This document shows positions 29,233 to 38,635 of a stretch of DNA of 64,000 nucleotides, in pieces (positions within the stretch are counted from its first letter, which is position 1; the number at the start of each line of letters is the position of its first letter). The translations under genes were made by a program, and so were the position numbers. Where the stretch lies: the NCBI GenBank assembly GCA_965261255.1, contig CBDHCQ010000004.1:3150604-3214603 (forward strand). The letters run 5' to 3'. The notes under the pieces are model-generated. The model saw nothing but the letters and a program-made list of their open reading frames with translations, searched no databases and was not told the origin of the DNA. Origin of the DNA: Rhodothermales bacterium (GTDB lineage: Bacteria; Bacteroidota; Rhodothermia; Rhodothermales; Bin80).

Positions 29233-30177
29233 TCAGCGCTCCAGGCGCCGGGCGGAAATGAACGGCGTCAATTCACCTGCCCCGGGGAAACCGCGATCAG
29301 CAGGGGAAGGAGCTTCCCAGTCAGCCTGGCTAGCCTCTATTTCCATGAGTCCATCGGAACGGAATGTGATAAACGTATACAGCGCATGCGTGTATGGTGC
29401 CATGCTCCCGTATTCTGCCCCAACCCAATAGTATGAAGCACTGTTTATCCACAGATATTGGATGCCATTCTTGCGCGTGTACCGATCAATATGGTGATGA
29501 CCGCAAAAGCAGGCCACTACCTTACTATCGGCCCCGCTACTGTTGTGCTCTTCCAGTACGGCTTCAATGGCGCTGCTAGCCTCAGGCATGGAGGTTGGAA
29601 GACCGAGGCCTTGGTGTGCAAAAACCACTACCGGAAGAGATGATTTGGCGAGGTCATCACGGAGCCAAGCAAGCTGAGCGTCATCGGCGTAGCCACGCAG
29701 AGAGGCATCCACATAGAAATTAGCTTCATTGTAGGGCGTATAACCTTCATCCGCCTTTAGATTGTTTCGGTCAAGAACTACCACATGGTAGGGACCGAAA
29801 TCAAAGGAGTAGTAGCGACCTGGCATGCCCCACTTTCTAACAATAGCATCCTTGGACACAAAGTCCATGTCATGGTTACCGAGTACATGATACCCCGGGC
29901 CTACAAACGAATTCCAGAGGTCTAGGCATTCCTCACTCTCTTTGGTGCCATAATTGAAATCCCCCAACTGGAGAATGGCATCAGGTTTGCGCTCGGCGAC
30001 GGCTCGCATGAACGTTTCCAGTCGCTCCATCGCCCGTGGTGCTAATCCATGATGCAGGTCTGCTATTACACCAAGACAAACGGATTCGGTCTGGGCTGCA
30101 CTACGACCCGGACGAAGAAGAAGGCACGCTGTACCAATCTTCAGCAGCTCCCGACGTGATATCTGTAGTGGTACCAT
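29233..30177 (-). CDS. Tat-exported calcineurin-like metallophosphoesterase
   Basis: Twin-arginine signal 'ISRRELLKIG'. 'IADLHHG', 'LGDFNYG', 'LGNHD', 'CGHHH' phosphoesterase motifs. Confidence 0.85.
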   Translation of the reverse strand: MVPLQISRRELLKIGTACLLLRPGRSAAQTESVCLGVIADLHHGLAPRAMERLETFMRAVAERKPDAILQLGDFNYGTKESEECLDLWNSFVGPGYHVLGNHDMDFVSKDAIVRKWGMPGRYYSFDFGPYHVVVLDRNNLKADEGYTPYNEANFYVDASLRGYADDAQLAWLRDDLAKSSLPVVVFAHQGLGLPTSMPEASSAIEAVLEEHNSSGADSKVVACFCGHHHIDRYTRKNGIQYLWINSASYYWVGAEYGSMAPYTHALYTFITFRSDGLMEIEASQADWEAPSPADRGFPGAGELTPFISARRLER

Positions 30178-30843
30178 TTCCCTGATTCAATTACCTTTAA
30201 TGTTTTCGGAACGCATGACGGTCGTGCTTCCGGTAAGGACATTCTCCATTAGCCCAAGATACGGTCGTCCATGATTAGTAGCTTTCATTTATGCTGCCCT
30301 GCTTAGTCCGCTCACTTAGACGTCAGATTCTCCTGCAAATGAGCCCAGAAGTCATAATGACATGGAAATGCGATTTAGGCCGAATTTCCGGTTGTGATCG
30401 AAATGATACATGCCAATTTAACGGAATTCCTGCCAAACTGTAACCAGCATGGTTGTCATTGACGCTTCAGCACCCGTTGCGGACCTGCCGAAGCAGGACC
30501 AAGCCCAGGTAGCCTCCGCGTACTTTCAGGCTTGGTTAATGCCCTACCGCTATCCCAACGGACCGCACACAGTATCGCAACTGGGTCACAAGTATGCGAC
30601 ATACGGTTTGAGTTATAACTCCCCATAATTTGGATTTGCTGGTCCTTTTACGACAGGGGCTGTCTCTCTAGGCAAATCAAGATTTTTTTCATCCTGGTAG
30701 TTGTGCGCTGTTGATAGACTTGAACTGTCGCGTAATACACACTCCCACCATTGCCCTTAGGCCATAAATAAGTGCCGATTTTAAAACCGGTCTAGCGACA
30801 ATTCTTTGGAAAAAGAAGTCCCGTACACACCTGTCGCGTCCTG

Positions 30844-30862
30844 CAAAATGTAGCACATTTTG
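30844..30862. promoter_or_regulatory. Perfect palindrome CAAAATGT-AGC-ACATTTTG, 182 nt upstream of B2
   Basis: 8-bp inverted repeat with a 3-nt spacer. Same half-site as the A1/A2 palindromes. Confidence 0.4.
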
Positions 30863-31043
30863 TAGACTTAAACTAACACGGACGCGGTAGCCTGCTATCG
30901 GTCAACCGGATCTGTGCTGTGCCTCGGGTCCGCTTCAATGCAGGTGAGCATTCCATGGTGAACCTTTGACCTCCTGTGACTGTACATTTTGCCATCGTCA
31001 GACGCTAATCCGCTGAATCCCCATCAAGTACGAGATAACCAAA

Positions 31044-32285
31044 ATGATCTCACCCAATCAGTATCTAGGAGGCCTCATGGTCGCTCTTGCCTTGCTCCTC
31101 GGTGCCTGCTCCCAGCAAGCACCATCCGAACCCGGAACCGTTGACAGCTTCCAGCAAGCACCATCCGAAACCGTGACCATTGACAGTTCCAACGCGCAGA
31201 TCGTAACCAGCACCCCCGCAAGTTCGGAGGCGACATGCACATTCAGTGAGGAACCCGTCTTAATCATAGGCGATAACGAGGAAGATGACAACCAATGGTT
31301 CTCCGTGATCCGGGGAATGGGGCGTCTGTCAGATGGATCCATCGCGGTGCTTGATTACGAGTTTACCGAAGTTCGCATTTTTGACGCGTCGGGGCGCCAC
31401 CTACGGTCGATGGGCCAGCGCGGAGAAGGCCCCGGTGAGTTCACCGATCCGTTTATCCTGTGGGTCACGGCAGGCGACACGCTTTGGGTGGGAAACGCCC
31501 GGCCTTGGAGCTATAATGTTTTCACGTCCCAAGGACAATTCGTGCGAAGGGTCAGGCTCGAGCCGGTATATCCGAACCCGTCAAGGGCTGGGGGCGTGCT
31601 CCAAAACGGGTACTCTGTGAACTCCAAAGTGGGAGGGACAGGAATGCCCACCCCGGACTTTGACGTTCCAGACACGATGATAGTGGAGATCCACGATCCC
31701 GAAGGGAAGTTTGTCGGTAACCTCGCCCGAATTCCCCACATAACCTATGGCCAGGTCAGTGAAAGCCCCGAGAATTCCTATTTGTACCCGCTCTTCGAAG
31801 CCGGCGCCGAAGTTGACGCGCTGGGGTCAACCATCGTACTGGCACACGGGAGCAAACCCGAGGTACAGGTTCTGGACGATGAATTCAACTTACGGATGAC
31901 CATCCGCTGGTCAGAACCGAACCGTGAGGTTACGCGTGCGGACATACGTGCTTGGCGCGAGGATTGGCGGGAGAGCCGTAGTCCTTCGGTCTGGAGTCAG
32001 AGTGATGATGCCAGGATTAGCCGGGAACGTCCGGCGGCTGACGTTTTCCCAGCTATGTCCAGTGTCAGGATCGGTAGTGACGGCCGCATCTGGGTCCGCC
32101 AATACGACCGGCCTCGGGAAGATCGTGGATGGCTCGCCTTCGGTGCTGACGGCAAATTCTTTTGTCACATGGCCCAGCTCCCCAGCGATGTTTGGGAATT
32201 CGGAGCCGACTATGTGCTCTTGCTTCACCGGTCCGAACTTGGGGCCTATACCGTTCAGATGCATCGCCTCACGTTACCTTCGTAG
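31044..32285 (+). CDS. Lipoprotein, beta-propeller-like family, paralogue B2
   Basis: Lipobox LLLGAC. High identity to B1 and B3. Short internal duplication (QQAPSEPGTVDSFQQAPSETVTIDS) after the lipobox. Confidence 0.85.
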   Translation: MISPNQYLGGLMVALALLLGACSQQAPSEPGTVDSFQQAPSETVTIDSSNAQIVTSTPASSEATCTFSEEPVLIIGDNEEDDNQWFSVIRGMGRLSDGSIAVLDYEFTEVRIFDASGRHLRSMGQRGEGPGEFTDPFILWVTAGDTLWVGNARPWSYNVFTSQGQFVRRVRLEPVYPNPSRAGGVLQNGYSVNSKVGGTGMPTPDFDVPDTMIVEIHDPEGKFVGNLARIPHITYGQVSESPENSYLYPLFEAGAEVDALGSTIVLAHGSKPEVQVLDDEFNLRMTIRWSEPNREVTRADIRAWREDWRESRSPSVWSQSDDARISRERPAADVFPAMSSVRIGSDGRIWVRQYDRPREDRGWLAFGADGKFFCHMAQLPSDVWEFGADYVLLLHRSELGAYTVQMHRLTLPS

Positions 32286-32842
32286 CCTGCGTACGAAGTA
32301 AAGACGATGCAGACCCGGCCTTGTCAAAGATATTCTTCGTAGCAGCAACCTGCGTGGGTCAGCTCACATCTTCTATGTAGCAGGACGGAGAAGTAGACGG
32401 GCGTCTCCACAGATGCCGGAGCGCGGTTGGTTGCGGACGCTCGTTTAGTCCTTTCCAAGGCAGCAGACGCTGGGAGTATTAATGAGATCAGGTTTCTATC
32501 TCATGCACACGTCCCGTTCGAATCTTGCGCATTTGCACTAACGGTGGCTCCTCAATTAGTCCATAAGCGCTTAATGGTAACTTATCCAGCCATGCAATCA
32601 AAGTCTGGCTTTGTTCGTGGGCGTGAAAACTGCAGCTTGAAAACACTTTAGCCCGACGTTTGAAGTCTTTCCGGCAGGCGGCAATGATGTTGGGATTGGC
32701 TAGTTCTTTCATGACGGAACCTGTTTCTCTCGGCAAATCAAAGTTTTTCTATCCTAGTAGATGTGCCACAGCTGATAGACTTGAACCGTCCGATGACAAT
32801 TCGATTGGAACACGAAGTTCAGCATACACCCGTCACACACTA

Positions 32843-32861
32843 CAAAACATGCGACATTTTG
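32843..32861. promoter_or_regulatory. Imperfect palindrome CAAAACAT-GCG-ACATTTTG, 177 nt upstream of B3
   Basis: Same geometry as the B2 site, with 2 mismatches in the left arm. Confidence 0.3.
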
Positions 32862-33037
32862 CAGACATATCCTACTAGGGCGGCGTAGTCTGCTATTTGT
32901 CAACCAGATCTGTGCTGTGCTTCAGTCCCCTTCAATGCAGATAAGCTTTCGATGGTGAATCTTACACGACTACCGACTGTACACTCGGTGGTCGTCAGAC
33001 ACCCCCCCATATCCTCGTCCAACACGAGATAACGAGA

Positions 33038-34261
33038 ATGATTACGCTTAATCAGTGTCTACATAGCCTTGTGGTCGCGCTTGCCTTGTTCCTTGGTGCC
33101 TGCTCCCGGCAAGTACCGTCCGAAACCTGGAATATTAACAGCTCCCGGCAAGCACTATCTGAACCCCTGACCATTGACAGCTCCAACGCGCAGATCGTAA
33201 CTAGCACCCCGGCAAGTTCGGAGGCGACATGCACATTCAGTGAAGAACCCGTCTTGGTCATCGGAGATGACGAGGAAGACGACAACCAATGGTTCTCTTA
33301 TATCTGGGGGACGGGACGTCTGTCAGATGGATCCATAGCGGTGGTTGATAACGACCTTTATGAAGTTCGTGTTTTCGACGCGTCGGGGCGTCACCTGCGA
33401 TCAATGGGCCAACGCGGCGAAGGCCCCGGTGAGTTCACCAATCCCACTTCCCTGTGGATCACGGCAGGTGACACGCTTTGGGTGGGCAACTACCGGCCTT
33501 GGAGCTACACTGTATTCACGGCCCAAGGCCAATTCGTGCGGAGGATCCTGCTTGATCCGGTGTTCCAAAACCGGTCAGAAGCTGGGGGCGTACTCGAAAA
33601 CGGGTACACCGTGAACGCCAAAGAGGTAAGGATAGGAATGCGCACCCCGGACTTTGGCGTTCCAGACACGATGATAGTGGAGATCCACGATCCCGACGGG
33701 AAACTTGTCGGCCACCTCGCCCGGATTCCCCACATAACCTATGGCACAGTACGTGAGGCCCCCGAGAACCTCTATTTGTTCCCGCTCTTTGAGGCAAACG
33801 CCGAAGTTGACGCGCTGGGATCAACCATCGTGCTGGCACACGGGAGCAAACCCGAGATACAGGTTCTGGACGATGAATTCAACTTACGGATGACCATCCG
33901 CTGGCCAGAACCGAACCGTGAGGTTACGCGCGCAGACATACGTGCTTGGCGCGAGGATTACCGAAAGCTCCGTAGCCCTGCTCGATACATGCTTAGCCGA
34001 GAACGTCCGGTTGCTGACGTTTTCCCGGTTATGTCCAGTGTCAAGATCGGTCGTGACGGCCGCATCTGGGTCCGCCAATACGACCGGCCCCGGGAAGACC
34101 GTGGGTGGCTTGCCTTTGGTGCTGACGGCAAATTCTTTTGTCACATGGCCCAGACCCCCGGCAGTGTTCGGGAATTCGGAGCCGACTATTTGCTCCTGCG
34201 TCACGAGCCCGAACTTGGGGTCCATACCGTACGGATGCATCGCCTCACGTCACCTTCTTAG
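33038..34261 (+). CDS. Lipoprotein, beta-propeller-like family, paralogue B3
   Basis: Lipobox LFLGAC. High identity to B1 and B2. Confidence 0.85.
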   Translation: MITLNQCLHSLVVALALFLGACSRQVPSETWNINSSRQALSEPLTIDSSNAQIVTSTPASSEATCTFSEEPVLVIGDDEEDDNQWFSYIWGTGRLSDGSIAVVDNDLYEVRVFDASGRHLRSMGQRGEGPGEFTNPTSLWITAGDTLWVGNYRPWSYTVFTAQGQFVRRILLDPVFQNRSEAGGVLENGYTVNAKEVRIGMRTPDFGVPDTMIVEIHDPDGKLVGHLARIPHITYGTVREAPENLYLFPLFEANAEVDALGSTIVLAHGSKPEIQVLDDEFNLRMTIRWPEPNREVTRADIRAWREDYRKLRSPARYMLSRERPVADVFPVMSSVKIGRDGRIWVRQYDRPREDRGWLAFGADGKFFCHMAQTPGSVREFGADYLLLRHEPELGVHTVRMHRLTSPS

Positions 34262-34703
34262 CTTGCGTATGAAATACAGACGACGCAGACCCGGCCTTGT
34301 GGAAGGCATTCTTCATGGCGGCAGCCTACGTGGGTCAGCCCGGCATCCTTCCATTCGACAGAACCGAGAAGGTGTGTGTGAAACTTTGTTTATCAAACGA
34401 GAATTCGGACGAGTGAACCACAGAAGCCGTGGAATGGGTGCGTGAAATCTGCGCGGATCGTGGACAAAATTCACTAATCGGAGATCTCACTCGAGACAAA
34501 GCATCTGTCGACACAAAAAACGGCGAACCCATGCCGATGAGTCGCGTAACCCGACTATATTTAACCAGGTTAAGCCGGAAATTGGCGGGTCAACAGATAA
34601 GAATGAATAATTTTGCAACAGGCTTCTACAATTCTGACCGGTTCCGGTGGCCATGCGATGCCTGCAGGACGCCCCGCCCGTACTGCAGGGGAAGGAAGGG
34701 AGA

Positions 34704-35564
34704 ATGACTGGACAGCGCCCCTTTAAGATTCAGATCTTCATGGCCGAAGGGCTTCCCGAAGGACTGCGTCTGGTCGAGAAGTCAAACTGGATCGGCCAAG
34801 GTATCGTGTGTCCACGAGGGAGGTACTCGCAGGTGAAGGGGCGACCAGAGTTTTCTCGCAGTGGTGTTTACCTGTTGGTCGGCCAGGATGGCGACCGGTT
34901 ACCCAAACTGTATGTGGGCGAAGCAGAACATATCAGGAAACGCCTCAACTGGCACTATGCGAACAAGGACTTCTGGCAGCAGGCAATCATCTTTACCGCG
35001 AAGGAACCGCCTCTGAACAAGGCACAGGTCAAATACCTCGAGGCCCGTTTGTTGGAATTGGCGAAGAATCATAGGCGATCGAAGCTGGAAAACAGCAGCG
35101 CATCACTCCTTCCGCGGCTTTCCGAGGCTGACGAAGCCGAGATAGAGGGTTTCTTGGATGAGCTGCTGTCCCTCCTTCCTGTCCTCGGTGTAACGTATTT
35201 CGAACCCGACGAAACACCCGGCGTGGATCGTACGGTATATTGTTTGGAAGGACCCGGCTGTAGCGCGAAAGGCCTCGAAGTGAATACGGGTTTCAAGGTC
35301 CTGCAGGAATCGCTTGCGCGTGCAGAGCCGGTGGCATCATTCAAAAAACAACAGCCCGGCTACTATCTTCAGCGGCAAGATCTCATCGCTGATGAGACAT
35401 TGCGGAAGACAGACGATGGTTATTGCTTTACAAAGGACTGGGTCTTTGGCTCGCCTTCAGCTGCAGCGGCTATCTGCCTCGGTAGGAGCGCCAATGGACT
35501 CAATGAATGGAAGGATAAGTCCGGTACCTCTCTGAAGGATAACCGTAAGAAAGAGACTGCTTAG
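34704..35564 (+). CDS. GIY-YIG nuclease-family protein with C-terminal DUF4357-like domain
   Basis: 'SGVYLLVG...KLYVGEAEHIRKRLNWH...KDFWQQAIIFT...KAQVKYLEARLLELA' (GIY-YIG core). C-terminal 'FGSPSAAAAICLGRSANGLNEW' (DUF4357 signature). ATG 34704 is preceded by GAAGGAAGGGAGA. Confidence 0.8.
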   Translation: MTGQRPFKIQIFMAEGLPEGLRLVEKSNWIGQGIVCPRGRYSQVKGRPEFSRSGVYLLVGQDGDRLPKLYVGEAEHIRKRLNWHYANKDFWQQAIIFTAKEPPLNKAQVKYLEARLLELAKNHRRSKLENSSASLLPRLSEADEAEIEGFLDELLSLLPVLGVTYFEPDETPGVDRTVYCLEGPGCSAKGLEVNTGFKVLQESLARAEPVASFKKQQPGYYLQRQDLIADETLRKTDDGYCFTKDWVFGSPSAAAAICLGRSANGLNEWKDKSGTSLKDNRKKETA

Positions 35565-36184
35565 GCATAGTTACCGTTTCGGTGAAGAGCTCGTTCGTGT
35601 GTCTTGAGCATTCTTAGATACCTATAACACATACGCTGGTGGCGGCGGATAGCAGTACGCTCCGCCGTAGGGAAAGGGTGTGGTGCAGGGTGAAGTGGGC
35701 AACGGCGCTGGATGCCTGCCATGTAGTATTATTGATCGTTTGGTAGGACCGACGGGCCGTTTGCCGTAGGGGTTGTTTCCTTTGGTGCACATGTCAGCAA
35801 TCAGCGCTCTCGTTGCGTCCGTGAAGGCTTGGGCTATGTTCAGGATCCTGTTCAACTCGATGTGCAGGAGAGCTTCGTTATTGCTCATGTTCAGCGACAA
35901 AACTTTGTTGCTGTTAAGGCTCAATGAAGTTAATCTAGGAGTGTGTCAGCCTGGCAACGCCCATGTTTTGTAGGGCGTGCCTGATGAAGATTAAGCCGTA
36001 GGACCGGTATGCGGGTGCATTGGTTGAGGTTATGGCATCCGTACATAAGCCCGTGATAAGTTGGTGCTTGATGAGGATGTGATCTGCAATTGGCACAACC
36101 GATCTGCAACCAGTCCCTGCCTTGCGTGAAGTTTAATAACCCGCTTGGAACGTCACCCTTAGGGACAGCAGGAGCGGAATTCTG

Positions 36185-36802
36185 CTATAGTCCAACCGAA
36201 AGACGTAACATTGCCGTATTGAGCCTCTGTGTATCACCGACAGTTAGAGAGATAAACTCTAGTACCAACTCGTCTTCAATGAAGCGGGTCAACCCAAAGA
36301 CATAAGCGACTTCAGGGTACAGGCTTATTGGCCCCAGATTGATAACGAGACCACCTCCGATCTCTCCCGCGTAAGAAAGAGGTGATAGATCATTGCCGAG
36401 TTGGTGGTCGGTGTTGACTGGGATCCTAAATACCGGACCGGCAAAGACGTAAGGACTCACTACTTGAGAAGGAAAGCCTATTCGCAGCAGCAGGAACAGT
36501 TCAACCAGCGAAACCTCAAATTTTTCGCGGATCGATGGGAAGTTAGTCTCCAATCCATCAAATAGCTGCCCGGCTGCCATATACCGGCCGCCGCCGCGCA
36601 GTGCTGCTGCCGGGCCAAGCGGGACTTCTGCCCACAATCCTACATGCCAGCCGTTTTGGCTTGAAAATTTCGTTTCCAGCTCATTGAGTCTGATTTCATT
36701 CAGTCGCTGGAAATTCGCCCCGGCGCTAATACCAAAGGTCTGGGAAATTGCGGTGGGAGCAACGAGCATACCTAAGACAAAAACAAATACAGATCGGTAC
36801 AT
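36185..36802 (-). CDS. Outer-membrane beta-barrel protein (porin-like/OmpW-PorT-like)
   Basis: Signal peptide, alternating amphipathic strands, C-terminal 'MLRLSVGL'. Confidence 0.7.
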   Translation of the reverse strand: MYRSVFVFVLGMLVAPTAISQTFGISAGANFQRLNEIRLNELETKFSSQNGWHVGLWAEVPLGPAAALRGGGRYMAAGQLFDGLETNFPSIREKFEVSLVELFLLLRIGFPSQVVSPYVFAGPVFRIPVNTDHQLGNDLSPLSYAGEIGGGLVINLGPISLYPEVAYVFGLTRFIEDELVLEFISLTVGDTQRLNTAMLRLSVGL

Positions 36803-36880
36803 TTTTTAGATCTTATATGACGGACAGTGCAACCTTGTGCTCACTGTACTGGTTTCCGTTTCTACGATACAAACTACATC

Positions 36881-38038
36881 ATGCGCATTGGAATCACTTG
36901 TTACCCTGTTTATGGTGGAAGTGGGGTTGTAGCCACCGAATTGGGCAGAGCCTTGGCCGCCAGAGGTCACGAAATACACTTTATTGCCTACTCCCTACCC
37001 TTTCGTCTGAGCAAAATCACGGAAAATATCTATTTCCATGAGGTGAGCGTCACTCGCTATCCGCTGTTTGATTTTCCACCGTACGCACTGTCTCTGACTA
37101 GCAAGATGGTAGATGTTGCTAAGTACGAGGCACTGGATTTGCTTCATGTGCACTATGCGATACCACATGCAACCAGCGCTGTTCTGGCACGAGATATACT
37201 CAAAAAGCAGTCAATCTCCCTGCCTGTCGTCACGACGTTACATGGCACTGATATCACGATTGTCGGGCAGGATGCTTCTTACGCGCCCGTGGTAACTTAT
37301 TCTATCAATGCGTCGGACGGTGTTACGGCTGTGTCCGATTTCCTACGACAGGAGACTTATGATGCCTTCGGTGTGGAGGCTCCTATTAAAGTGATCCCCA
37401 ACTTCATCGATACAGAACGCTTCAGCCGACAGGACAAAAAGCACTTCAAGAAGGCGATCTGTCCGGCTAATCAGAAAGTCGTGGTGCACGTATCGAATTT
37501 CCGACGCGTAAAGAATGTCCCTCACGTCATTGAGGTATTTAAGCGGATACTTCAGGAAGGATTGGCAGTAAGGCTTCTTTTGGTTGGGGACGGCCCAGAT
37601 CGATCCAATGCAGAACTGTGCGCGCGTAATTTGGGAATTCAGGATGCTGTGCGGTTTCTAGGAAAACAGGATCCCGTTGCAGAGATTCTGTCCATTGCCG
37701 ATCTGTTCTTACTTACCAGTGGATCTGAGTCGTTCGGACTGGCTCCACTGGAAGCAATGGCCTGTGGTGTACCTGTAGTATGCAGTGATATTGGTGGTTT
37801 GCCGGAACTCGTAAGAGGCAGCGGAGCAGGATATTTATGTCCCGTGGGTGATATAGAGGCCTTCTCCCAGGCCTGCACCAAGGTGCTCGTGAACGATGAA
37901 CTACACGCACAAATGGCCAAACGGGCCAGGGAGCATGCTGTACGCCACTACAATACATCTGCAATCGTTTCCCAGTACGAAGCCTACTACGAAGAAATTG
38001 TTCAGCGTAAGGTCACGAGTTCTTCATTGCCTGAATAA
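36881..38038 (+). CDS. bshA: N-acetyl-alpha-D-glucosaminyl L-malate synthase (bacillithiol biosynthesis glycosyltransferase)
   Basis: 'MRIGITCYPVYGGSGVVATELGRALAARGHEIHFI...LHVHYAIPHA...TTLHGTDIT' is co-linear with Bacillus BshA. Start moved to ATG 36881. Confidence 0.85.
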   Translation: MRIGITCYPVYGGSGVVATELGRALAARGHEIHFIAYSLPFRLSKITENIYFHEVSVTRYPLFDFPPYALSLTSKMVDVAKYEALDLLHVHYAIPHATSAVLARDILKKQSISLPVVTTLHGTDITIVGQDASYAPVVTYSINASDGVTAVSDFLRQETYDAFGVEAPIKVIPNFIDTERFSRQDKKHFKKAICPANQKVVVHVSNFRRVKNVPHVIEVFKRILQEGLAVRLLLVGDGPDRSNAELCARNLGIQDAVRFLGKQDPVAEILSIADLFLLTSGSESFGLAPLEAMACGVPVVCSDIGGLPELVRGSGAGYLCPVGDIEAFSQACTKVLVNDELHAQMAKRAREHAVRHYNTSAIVSQYEAYYEEIVQRKVTSSSLPE

Positions 38039-38104
38039 CCATGGCTTGGTCGTGCAATACCGTACCAGTCGGAATTCCCTGATTAACGACAAGCTGGCCT
38101 AATT

Positions 38105-38635
38105 CTAATGAACCTTTGAGGGGCGGATCCTGTCGTACGTGGCGAAAGTGAATCCTTCATGTGGATGTTCTTTTACGAGCGCGAACTCTGTCCCTATGAG
38201 GTGCTCGTAAGGCGGAAAGAAAGTATCTCCTTCATAGGAGCGGTCAATGAGCGTTAGCTCAAGTCGATCTGCTATGGGAATCCCCTCTTCATAGACTCTG
38301 GCGCCGCCGGCAATAAACACCTGATCAGCAGATTCTACATCCTTCAACGCGGCCTCCAATGAAGCAAATGATTCAATGGATGGATGGATTTTTGTTTTGG
38401 GGTTGCTTGTCAATACAAGCATACGCCTATTCGGCAGCGGCCCACCAAAGTCACGTACGAGCCCTTCGCAGGTTAAGCGTCCCATGATCATCGGGAAACC
38501 ACTCGTCAGTCGCTTAAAGTGCCGCATATCTTCGGGGATATGCCAAGGGAGGCGCAGATTGCGACCGATACAGCGATTCTCACGTGCCAGTGCGGCAATG
38601 ACGATCACAAGAGGACGTCTTACATGTTTTCCCAA
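38105..38635 (-). CDS. folA: Dihydrofolate reductase
   Basis: 'VIVIAALARENRCIGRNLRLPWHIPEDMRHFKRLT...MGRLT'. An alternative GTG start at 38608 would remove the 16-nt overlap with the upstream gene. Confidence 0.9.
   Translation of the reverse strand: MGKHVRRPLVIVIAALARENRCIGRNLRLPWHIPEDMRHFKRLTSGFPMIMGRLTCEGLVRDFGGPLPNRRMLVLTSNPKTKIHPSIESFASLEAALKDVESADQVFIAGGARVYEEGIPIADRLELTLIDRSYEGDTFFPPYEHLIGTEFALVKEHPHEGFTFATYDRIRPSKVH

Larger units (their letters stand above)
30661..34400. repeat. Two ~2-kb segmental-duplication units, each holding a conserved upstream region, a B gene and a conserved 3' flank; a third partial copy lies at ~26990-28900
   Basis: Upstream blocks starting TGT(C/T)TCTCT(A/-)GGCAAATCAA at 30661 and 32721 align. 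The 3' flanks after all three B stops align. Boundaries are approximate. Confidence 0.65.

Noticed and set aside
27326-34445. Antisense or overlapping ORFs inside B1-B3 (e.g. 28220-28573, 31911-32264, 33884-34240, 31924-32301, 33918-34445) that recur in all three copies
   Set aside because: Their recurrence is explained by duplication of the sense genes. The sense frames carry a lipobox and family motifs; the alternative frames have none.
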